A DNA stretch of 64,000 bases. It comes from Promethearchaeota archaeon. GTDB taxonomy: Archaea > Asgardarchaeota > Thorarchaeia > Thorarchaeales > Thorarchaeaceae. The DNA lies in contig JBHLPF010000006.1 in NCBI GenBank assembly GCA_048939765.1, forward strand, positions 1 through 64,000, given 5' to 3'. The translations under genes and the position numbers were made by a program. Below are positions 56,279 to 64,000 of the stretch, one piece after another (the stretch's first letter is position 1; each line of letters begins with the position of its first letter). A model generated the notes under the pieces. It did not search any database. It saw only the letters and a list, made by a program, of their open reading frames with translations, and was not told where the DNA came from.

Positions 56279-57052
56279 TTAACGTCGTGAAATAGATCCA
56301 CCATCGTCATGTTCCCTGGCACGCAGGCCTGGGAAGTAGTATCTACCCCCAGTTGAGAATCGAATGTCTGCCACTGCCATTCCGGCATCTGCTAGACTGG
56401 AGAGAACTTGCCTTGCATGATCCTCGGACCATTTCATGAGCATCATTACTTCCTCAACAGAAACATAGCCCTTAGATGCAGCGAGGTTTACAACATCCGC
56501 TTGATCCCTTCTGAGCTCAAGTGGGCGAAGCTCAACTACTTTTACACCACCGCGTAGCGTCCGTATGCCTGGTATTAGTCCATGCTCAGCAACCCGATTG
56601 ACAGCCTCGATAACATCACTGTAGCTTATTGCCTTAAGCTCAGGCATACGCTTCACAACTTCAACGATTAGCTCAGCGAGTCCCATGAGTCCCTTGGAGG
56701 CATGTACTGTTGCCACATCAAGAATTGCAAGACCAATGTGGTCGTAATATTCATCCATGGTCATTCCGTCTCCACGGAATCGGTTCTCACGACGGGAGAG
56801 GTCAAGCAGCATAATGGCATCAGGGAATCGTTCTGCAACATGTTCAGTCTGAATGAAGGTGCCAAAATCTAGGCCAATGCGCCTCAGATCTGCAATGTTA
56901 GCCTTAACCTCACTGGCTAGTGCTTCAGACTCCCTCTGATATGACCTGATGTCGACAATTCCCATGTCGAACATCTTCTTCAGCTGGTCAAGGGTGGCAA
57001 TTGAGGCGAAGAGTTCGGATTGGAGACGTTCTTGCATCAAAGAAACCTTCAC
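56279..57052 (-). CDS. Vps28-N-like domain fused to ESCRT-II Vps22/36 tandem winged-helix domain
   Basis: C-terminal DEYYDHIG..GLMGLAEL..ISYSDVIEAV..PLELRRDQ..GYVS..W..ARQVL..G..YYFP; N-terminal ELFASIATLDQLKKMFDMGIVD..Y. Confidence 0.8.
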   Translation of the reverse strand: MKVSLMQERLQSELFASIATLDQLKKMFDMGIVDIRSYQRESEALASEVKANIADLRRIGLDFGTFIQTEHVAERFPDAIMLLDLSRRENRFRGDGMTMDEYYDHIGLAILDVATVHASKGLMGLAELIVEVVKRMPELKAISYSDVIEAVNRVAEHGLIPGIRTLRGGVKVVELRPLELRRDQADVVNLAASKGYVSVEEVMMLMKWSEDHARQVLSSLADAGMAVADIRFSTGGRYYFPGLRAREHDDGGSISRR

Positions 57053-57240
57053 TCAGGAGTTGAGTCCAGACTGGACTATTGCTTGAAAATGGTCTATTGC
57101 TACTATAAGAGAGAGTAATACAAACAAGTGCACTTTACATGCACAAAAAGTGGCACTTTGATGAGGGATGGGGTACATTTCTCTGGTGCATGTTAACGTC
57201 ATGATGTGTGATGACAAATCACTTAATTCCAAAGTATTAA

Positions 57241-57966
57241 TTGCCTGAGGAGCAGATCATCGAATCGGTAATGAAACCGCGAGTATTGAGTTTGAGAATT
57301 ATCGTTGTGATAGTTCTGACGCTGACTATTTGCGTAGGATCTACAGAAGGACTTACCAATCACGGATTCTATTGGGGTATTGAGATTGGTGATAGGTTTG
57401 ACTATCACATGGAGCTTCGGCTCCCAGATTCTAGTAAAAACAAAGCCCTTGATTATTATGTGGTTGTAGATGATTTGCCTTCAATTGATGAGAATATCAC
57501 AGACATACCTCAAATCACTGGTGATGTATATGACTGGAACAATTATCATTCATTCTACTTGATGAACGATACAAGGATTACATCTCAGACGAACATCTCA
57601 GACGATCTCAGACAAACTCTGCATTGGAGAGCTTTTCCAGTTGGTAACTGGAGCCTTGTCAATGATTTATTCCTCATACCGAAAAATAATAGCTTGTTTG
57701 AGGTCCAGACATTTGACACTGCAGCTGATTGGGGGTATAGTATCACTGGTATTGTGTTCGGAATTACAGTAACAGAAACTGGGAGGTATTCTAAAGAAAC
57801 TGGTGCATTGATCTTTTACGAGTTGAACGACCAAAGATTCAATGAATCAATCTACTCAGTTCAGATTACAATTGTTGGTGACGCTGTTCCATTGTTTGTG
57901 TTAATTGGAGGGGCATCAATTGGACTATTGGTTGTTGCATTGGCGGTCCTGAAGAAGAGAGTCTAG
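57241..57966 (+). CDS. Secreted, C-terminally anchored surface protein
   Basis: Signal-like IIVVIVLTLTICV, several N-x-S/T sequons, terminal TM helix plus KKRV; AT-rich. Confidence 0.7.
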   Translation: MPEEQIIESVMKPRVLSLRIIVVIVLTLTICVGSTEGLTNHGFYWGIEIGDRFDYHMELRLPDSSKNKALDYYVVVDDLPSIDENITDIPQITGDVYDWNNYHSFYLMNDTRITSQTNISDDLRQTLHWRAFPVGNWSLVNDLFLIPKNNSLFEVQTFDTAADWGYSITGIVFGITVTETGRYSKETGALIFYELNDQRFNESIYSVQITIVGDAVPLFVLIGGASIGLLVVALAVLKKRV

Positions 57967-58186
57967 ATGAGTTTGAGAAGATTCGATATAGAGTATTATC
58001 AGGTGTATTTGAGGGAAAAAAGGGAGGACTTCAATGCCCGCTAAATCAATTAGTAGAATCTCAATTCTCCTTACTCGCTACCAAGCCGCGGTCATGCAGA
58101 CTGGATTTATAGCTTTGAATCAACGCAAGTAGTTCATTATGGAAGACATGCCTTTTGGCCCGTACTTAAACACAGAATACTCTTAA

Positions 58187-59545
58187 TCAAGGAGTTATCC
58201 GGTCGCGGTCTCGTGGAAGAAGTATAGCCTCACGGATATTTTCTATTCCAAGCAGCTGCATTGTGAGCCGTTCTACTCCAAGACCCAACCCTCCATGTGG
58301 TGGTGCACCATATTTGAAGGGATCAAGATAGAAAGCAAAGGCATCTGGATCAAATCCCTTCGCCTTGAATCGCTCAACCAACAAATCATGGATGTGTATA
58401 CGTTGACTTCCTGTTGTTATCTCCATGCCTTTGTACATGAGGTCAAAACCCTCAGTCATCCCCTCGTCTGTCATACTAGGCATAGTATAAGCAGGTTTCA
58501 ACTCCAAGGGGTAATGAGTAATGAAAACCATGTCAGTCCCGAATTTCTCAGGGAATATTTCCCCAAGTAGCCGTTCAGCTTCTGGATCGATGTCATCAGT
58601 GACTGCTAGTTCTTTTCCTTCGCTGTTGAGTAGATCAATGGCTTCAGCATATTTGATTCTCTTGAAGGGTACTTTTGGCACAACTAGCTCGATTCCGAGA
58701 AGTTCAAGTTCATTTGCCGCGGCTTCTGATGTCTTCTTGAATGAATGATTCAGCATTCGTTCCTCCATCTTCATGACGTCGTCCACATCGGTTATCCATG
58801 CCATCTCGAAGTCGAATGAGGTATACTCATTGACATGTCGTCTTGTATTGTGTTTCTCAGCTCGAAATACAGGAGCAATCTCGAAGACTCTGCCGAAGCC
58901 AGCCAAGAGCATCAGCTGCTTATAGAATTGTGGGCTCTGAGCCAGGTATGCCTTCTTATCGAAATATTTGACCTCGAATAGGTTTGCTCCACCTTCTGTG
59001 GCTTCAGCAACTATTTTCGGAGTGTGGATTTCCACAAATCCATTTGACTCTAGGTACTCCCGTGCGAATCGAACAAGTGAGTGTTGAACCCGGAAAATCG
59101 CATTAATTGAGGGTTTCCTAAGGTCCAGGACTCTATGATTGAGGCGTGTGTCTAGATCGATATCCACTTTTCCCTCTACAACATCAATTGGAAGACGCTG
59201 GGCAGTATTGATGATACGTATCTTGGTTGGAATGATCTCAGCACCAGAAGCGACTTGCTTGGCAGCCACAACCTTGCCTGTCACAGCCACAGCGTACTCT
59301 GGCTTCAGTTGTCCAGAGGCCTCAAAGACTTCCTTAGAAACCTTAGCCTGTGGAATTGTCACCTGACACTGACCCTGTTCATCTCTGAGAACCAAGAACT
59401 TTATCTTCCCCTTATCACGCAGAATATGGACCCAGCCCATAATGACGACTTCAGTATCTACTATCTCCGCAGTAATCTCAGTAGTGAAGTGAGTACGGAT
59501 TTCTTCACCTATAGGCTCGATACCTGCATCGCTGTAGAAGTCCAT
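58187..59545 (-). CDS. aspS: Aspartyl-tRNA synthetase (archaeal type, probably non-discriminating)
   Basis: GWVH..RD, TRLNHRVLDLR, LAQSPQ, FRAE, GAPPHGG.G.G.ER. Confidence 0.96.
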   Translation of the reverse strand: MDFYSDAGIEPIGEEIRTHFTTEITAEIVDTEVVIMGWVHILRDKGKIKFLVLRDEQGQCQVTIPQAKVSKEVFEASGQLKPEYAVAVTGKVVAAKQVASGAEIIPTKIRIINTAQRLPIDVVEGKVDIDLDTRLNHRVLDLRKPSINAIFRVQHSLVRFAREYLESNGFVEIHTPKIVAEATEGGANLFEVKYFDKKAYLAQSPQFYKQLMLLAGFGRVFEIAPVFRAEKHNTRRHVNEYTSFDFEMAWITDVDDVMKMEERMLNHSFKKTSEAAANELELLGIELVVPKVPFKRIKYAEAIDLLNSEGKELAVTDDIDPEAERLLGEIFPEKFGTDMVFITHYPLELKPAYTMPSMTDEGMTEGFDLMYKGMEITTGSQRIHIHDLLVERFKAKGFDPDAFAFYLDPFKYGAPPHGGLGLGVERLTMQLLGIENIREAILLPRDRDRITP

Positions 59546-59692
59546 TAGATTTCACCTCAGTATTCGAGAACAGAATCCTCCCTGATTACATTATGAGGCT
59601 TTTGGCACAAGCTGATGAAGGGGCGGATCAATAAACATTGAAACGATATCCCTAAGCTAAAGCCAGAGATATCGTTTCTTGTACATACTAGA

Positions 59693-59926
59693 CTACATCG
59701 GCGCCGAAATTAGCTCATAGACCGCCATCCGCTTGTCCTTGCCATGTTCATGCTCCTGGATGAGACCTAGGTCCTTCAGTCGACTAAGGCCATAGTTCAC
59801 TGTCCTAGGAGGTAAGAAGGTGTTGCTGATCAGGTCTTGCCGGGACATCCGGCGCCTGTTCTTAAGCAGCACGTACAAGAACTTCGCAGACGGAGGTAGA
59901 GCTAAGAATGAGCGCTGTGCAAACAC
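59693..59926 (-). CDS. Small MarR-like winged-helix protein
   Basis: LPPSAKFLY, LPPRTVNYGLSRL..GLI, DKR..VY. Confidence 0.8.
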   Translation of the reverse strand: MFAQRSFLALPPSAKFLYVLLKNRRRMSRQDLISNTFLPPRTVNYGLSRLKDLGLIQEHEHGKDKRMAVYELISAPM

Positions 59927-60072
59927 GATCCCACCTAAAAGTTGTCACCATGTTTTATCATACCTCCTGATAGTGCTGAGATTCACGCGGGACATCACCA
60001 AATAAGGATTCGTATTTCATCATCAGAGGGTTCATCACAGTTCTTATCAGTCAAGGCGAGAAGTGGTATTCC

Positions 60073-60741
60073 ATGTATTCGTTTGAGAGCATTGAGATCA
60101 AGGGATATGATGGAAAGCAGATACCCAATACCTATCTCAAACTCAAAGGATTCAGTGATAAACTGGCTCTGGTCTTCCCTGGACGAGGTTATTCATCGCA
60201 AGGCCCACTACTTCACTACACAATCAACCTCTTGCTTGAGAATCGAGTTAGTGTGCTCAGTGTTGACTATGCCTATTGGAATAATCAGGAGTTCAATAGT
60301 CTAGAATGGGAGGACAGGGAGAGGTGGCTCTACACGGATGTTGAGGAGGCTTACAAGGCTGCTGTAGATCATATAGATGCTGAAGTCAGAGTCCTTGTGG
60401 GGAAGTCTCTTGGCACTCTTGCCATTGGACGCCTTCTCGATACATTCTCTGAAACCAGAAGATGCGGAGTGATATGGCATACTCCACTCATCAAGATGCC
60501 ACATCTTGTGACGCAGATTACTAGGCACCACCCCAATTCCGTATTCGTCATTGGCACATCCGACCCCCATTATGACAAGGAAATCCTCGAACAGGTGAAG
60601 AGTGCAACAGGCGGAAGTCTAGTTGTTGTTGATAATGCAAATCATAGTATGGAAGTGCCAGGAGGCGTCACGGAGTCCCTAGATGTGATGAATGAGATTA
60701 TCGAAGGCATCCGACAATTCATGTGGCCAGTTGAAAAGTAG
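60073..60741 (+). CDS. Alpha/beta hydrolase
   Basis: FPGRGY, GKSLGT, GTSD, ANHSM. Confidence 0.85.
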   Translation: MYSFESIEIKGYDGKQIPNTYLKLKGFSDKLALVFPGRGYSSQGPLLHYTINLLLENRVSVLSVDYAYWNNQEFNSLEWEDRERWLYTDVEEAYKAAVDHIDAEVRVLVGKSLGTLAIGRLLDTFSETRRCGVIWHTPLIKMPHLVTQITRHHPNSVFVIGTSDPHYDKEILEQVKSATGGSLVVVDNANHSMEVPGGVTESLDVMNEIIEGIRQFMWPVEK

Positions 60742-60748
60742 ACATAGC

Positions 60749-62113
60749 CTAGGGCTTTCTTAGAACTAGGACCCATTCTCCGTCCATGCGTTCCTTTCGC
60801 GGAATCTTGATGAAATGGCGGATTACTCCTGAGAAGAACGTCTTCTCAATCCTGAAACCCACCTCCTCAGCAGTTGCAATCTCTGTCAGTATCTTATGAG
60901 ATTCAACTACATTGCCTCGAATTACGTTGTTGCCAATAGCCAGACAATAATGACCCCCAGGACGAAGTACGCGAAATGTTTCTTTGAGCTGCTCTTTCAT
61001 GTCCTCAAAGAACTTGAAGACGATGTAAGACCGGCGCGGGTCCACTGTGTATATCTTCATGAGAATTGGGTCAAGTGAATGAAGTCCAGACACTCCAAGT
61101 TCATCATACTCCTCTTTATAGACGGTTTCCGTCCCAATGTACTTCCGCTTCATGTTTGAAAGAGGGCCTTCCTCATGAAGGCCGAGCCAATACATCTCCA
61201 GCTGGTGAGTTCGAGGGTAGTCAACTGCATTGATGTAGGGAGGAGAGGTGACAGCCAAGTCTACAGATTCGGGTTCCAACCCCGTAGATATGGCATTAGA
61301 CTCTGGTAGGACTGGTTCCTCAAGATCCCAATCTCTTGTGATTGCGAAGAGGGCATGCATTCCCTTCAATTGTTGCTCCAGTGTTTCACGAAACTTCTCT
61401 GACGTTTCTCCATGCTCGATCCACTTTTGCAGGTTCTGCCGTATCACAGTTCGTGTACAGTGAGGGTCAGCATTTGATACGTCTCTTATTATCGAAGAGA
61501 AGACTACCATGAAGAAATCATAGACAGCAGCTGCTAAATTTGAAGGGAGCACTGCCGCCAATGGGGACTCTCTGAATTGGTGAATTGCATCCCTGATAAC
61601 ACCGAGTTCATGAAGCACATAGTCACGGAACCAGTTATCTCTATAGTTGAACTCGGGAATCTCAGGACAATATCTTGAATCAGACTGGTGTTGCATTAGC
61701 CGACCCAAGAGCCAATCTCGAGCCTCTTCTAGTACCGAAGTGTCAATTGGAGTTGTCTTTACTTTGGTGATAAGTCTTGCAATTGGATCTATGTCAATCC
61801 CAACCGCGGCACGACTCCTTAGATACGCCTCCAGAACAACAGTTCCACTGCCGCACATCGGGTCTAATACCGTCGCACCCTTCTTTGAGTAGTGGTCAAT
61901 TAGATAGCGTGGCAATTCGGGAAAAAACTTAGCAGGAAACTTGTGAATGCCATGTGTTAGGTAGGACTGATCTTTGCTATAGATGAGAATACTAGCCCCG
62001 TTTGGAATCTCGATGCTTCCTTCAATATCGCCTGAGTACTCCAAGATTCCTGATGTGATCTCAGTGTTCATTTCACCTTCTTCTCCAGGCGCTTCAACCA
62101 TAGAGCAACACAC
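60749..62113 (-). CDS. Orphan amino-DNA methyltransferase (probably m4C)
   Basis: THGIHKFPAKF, LDPMCGSGT (motif I) followed by VTSPPY (motif IV); no adjacent endonuclease. Confidence 0.88.
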   Translation of the reverse strand: MCCSMVEAPGEEGEMNTEITSGILEYSGDIEGSIEIPNGASILIYSKDQSYLTHGIHKFPAKFFPELPRYLIDHYSKKGATVLDPMCGSGTVVLEAYLRSRAAVGIDIDPIARLITKVKTTPIDTSVLEEARDWLLGRLMQHQSDSRYCPEIPEFNYRDNWFRDYVLHELGVIRDAIHQFRESPLAAVLPSNLAAAVYDFFMVVFSSIIRDVSNADPHCTRTVIRQNLQKWIEHGETSEKFRETLEQQLKGMHALFAITRDWDLEEPVLPESNAISTGLEPESVDLAVTSPPYINAVDYPRTHQLEMYWLGLHEEGPLSNMKRKYIGTETVYKEEYDELGVSGLHSLDPILMKIYTVDPRRSYIVFKFFEDMKEQLKETFRVLRPGGHYCLAIGNNVIRGNVVESHKILTEIATAEEVGFRIEKTFFSGVIRHFIKIPRKERMDGEWVLVLRKP

Positions 62114-62444
62114 TCTGATAACAGGAGTAGAAATTCATGCCAGTTCATACCATATTAAGGTAATCAGATATATCGCATAGGCAGATTAGTACATATAGCG
62201 AATTATGAGAGGAGGGCTGGCGTGTGTGGGTAGTAAAAACGACTCATCCGGTTAGATTAAATAGAAGCTCCGAAAGGAACAGAGTCATTCGTAATCAGTT
62301 GGAGTGAAGCAATGCTGGGTGAATTCAGGGCATGCACCCTATAGCTGCCATCATGATAAAGAATCAATAATCAATGACTGCTATTCACACAGCAGAACTG
62401 AGCTTCTACATGAATTGCGGAGAGAGATAAAGGAGCTATTTTCA

Positions 62445-62774
62445 ATGGCAGATCTAAAGAAGATTGGGGACCTTCTGGTTCTCCTAGGTGCACTTCTAGG
62501 ATTACTCCAAGGAATTCTTATGATTATAGGAACTCCATTTGGATTCGTCAACCTGCTTGCAGGCTTTCTTGACGCCTGGATTTTGGGTGTTCTAGCAATC
62601 CTCTTTTCACTGATAGCTTTGGTGAACAGTGGATTCCTCAAAATCAGTGCACTCGACTTCGGAAAGACAAACAAATTCATCGTGGTTCTAATCATTGGAA
62701 TCCTGATGATTCTGTTCACTAGCGACCTAGGTGGCATTCTAGTCATTCTGGGTGCAATTCTCTGGCTTCTATAG
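62445..62774 (+). CDS. Small multi-TM membrane protein
   Basis: MADLKKIG... with four hydrophobic helices; AGGAG SD upstream; the ORF track starts at 62304. Confidence 0.75.
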   Translation: MADLKKIGDLLVLLGALLGLLQGILMIIGTPFGFVNLLAGFLDAWILGVLAILFSLIALVNSGFLKISALDFGKTNKFIVVLIIGILMILFTSDLGGILVILGAILWLL

Positions 62775-62784
62775 ACAGATGATG

Positions 62785-62833
62785 CTCATCTCCAGGTCCT
62801 GAAGTCTGGAGATGAGTCTTCTTTCTTTTTCTT
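62785..62833 (+). terminator. Hairpin plus T-rich tract
   Basis: CTCATCTCCAG/CTGGAGATGAG 11-bp stem followed by TCTTCTTTCTTTTTCTT. Confidence 0.65.
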
Positions 62834-62843
62834 GGTCAAACCA

Positions 62844-64000
62844 TTAAACCGATTCTTTGATCGCCTTCTCAAGTCGATTTACAGCATCGTCAATGTTTTC
62901 CTCAGTTATGACGTAGCTAGGCGTGAAACGGATGACATTTTGACCGCAGCCCAATGCCCACAACCTCTGTTTCTGGACCAAGTTCTTGAGAAGCTTGTCA
63001 CGGAGCTTTGGAGCCTTCTCCTTCGACTTCTTGTCCTTCACAAACTCAATGCCAGCCATTAGTCCAATACCACGGGCATCACCTGCTACATCATACTTCT
63101 CGACAAGCTCCTTTAGTCGATTCAGGAGATATGCCCCTTTCTCCGCGTTCTTCCTCAGATACTCACCGTCTTCGATGTGTTTCAGTATCCAGAGGGATAG
63201 AAGGGACATCTTAGGTTCAGCTGAGAAGGTTTCAGAGTGTCTAGCGCTTTCACTATACATGGGGACAGGGCCGATTGAGGCACCCATGGGATAACCTCCA
63301 CCCAACGACTTGGCCATCGAAATGAAATCAGGAACTACACCGTGATTCTCGACTGCACACCACTTCCCAGTCCTAGCCATTCCTGCTTGAACCTCATCAG
63401 ACATGAAATATGCACCAACTTCCTTCGTAACTTCATACATCCCTTTGACTGCCTTTGCTGGGGGAACGATGAGACCTCCCTCTCCCGCTATCGGCTCCAT
63501 GATGGTTGCTGCAATGTCATTCCCCTCGACTTGAAGTGCATACCGAAGAGCTTCTACACATTCTAGGTTGCAGTCTTCTTCTTCTTGACCATAAGGACAG
63601 CGATAACAGTATGGATAGAAAACTCGAATTACATCTACTCCCTGGGGGAATCCCGACTTGTGCTTAGAGTTGGTTGCTGTCAGTGCTAGAGCATAGCCGG
63701 TTCGACCATGAAAGGCTGGTCTGAAGGCGACAAATCTTCGTTTCCCGGAAAGGTCCATAGCCGACTTCATGCATCCCTCAACCGCACGACCTCCGGATGT
63801 GGTAAATGCAACACGCTTCTTGTGGTCGCCAGGAGTGATTTTAGCTATTTTTTCTGCTAGAAGCGTCTGAGGAATTGCATCGAAGTCAGAACCTGGAAGC
63901 TCATGTACAACATCCATAATGCGCGTCTGAAAGTCCAGATAGGGCTTGTACCTCAAACCGAACGCACGCACAGCAACTCCTCCCGTCACGTCTAGGTACT
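62844..64000 (-). CDS. Class III PLP aminotransferase (GABA/acetylornithine type); 5' end outside window
   Basis: YLDVTGG, AFHGRT, EPIAGEGG, DEVQAGMARTGK, MAKSLGGG. Confidence 0.93.
   Translation of the reverse strand, partial: YLDVTGGVAVRAFGLRYKPYLDFQTRIMDVVHELPGSDFDAIPQTLLAEKIAKITPGDHKKRVAFTTSGGRAVEGCMKSAMDLSGKRRFVAFRPAFHGRTGYALALTATNSKHKSGFPQGVDVIRVFYPYCYRCPYGQEEEDCNLECVEALRYALQVEGNDIAATIMEPIAGEGGLIVPPAKAVKGMYEVTKEVGAYFMSDEVQAGMARTGKWCAVENHGVVPDFISMAKSLGGGYPMGASIGPVPMYSESARHSETFSAEPKMSLLSLWILKHIEDGEYLRKNAEKGAYLLNRLKELVEKYDVAGDARGIGLMAGIEFVKDKKSKEKAPKLRDKLLKNLVQKQRLWALGCGQNVIRFTPSYVITEENIDDAVNRLEKAIKESV

Noticed and set aside
1-64000. CRISPR arrays, rRNA genes, IS elements, and the many antisense or overlapping ORFs in the track
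   Set aside because: No spaced repeat arrays, rRNA-like sequence or transposases were seen; the short ORFs overlap well-supported genes and lack motifs.

Overview
A gene-dense archaeal window. Archaeal markers (TFB, aIF5A, Nob1, a DGGGP-synthase-like UbiA protein, archaeal-type ArgRS and AspRS, a BHB-intron tRNA) together with many eukaryote-signature-like proteins point to an Asgard archaeon; Thorarchaeia is my inference, not a search result. Most of the window is housekeeping and metabolism: glutamine synthetase-like enzyme, a nickel ECF transporter with NikR, an acyl-CoA/SCP2 lipid operon, MfnA, HypB, TldD/PmbA and an orphan DNA methyltransferase. The highlight is a five-gene ESCRT locus at 51960-57052. 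It contains ESCRT-III (Snf7 family), MIT-Vps4 and Vps25, plus two unusual proteins: an apparent fusion of a Vps28-N-like (ESCRT-I core) domain to Vps22/36 (ESCRT-II), and a Zn-finger + coiled-coil + PH(GRAM/GLUE)-like protein ending in a Vps23 steadiness-box/Vps37-like helix pair. Together these suggest a ubiquitin-independent, covalently linked ESCRT-I/II system. Other notable items are a tRNA-Leu(CAG) with a non-canonical 43/44 intron, a double-length SNAP-like solenoid, a longin + winged-helix protein with NPRL2-like architecture, a duplicated stand-alone acyltransferase with a conserved palindrome over its start, and repeated convergent gene overlaps through CTAG. All domain calls come from reading motifs by eye; no database search was run.
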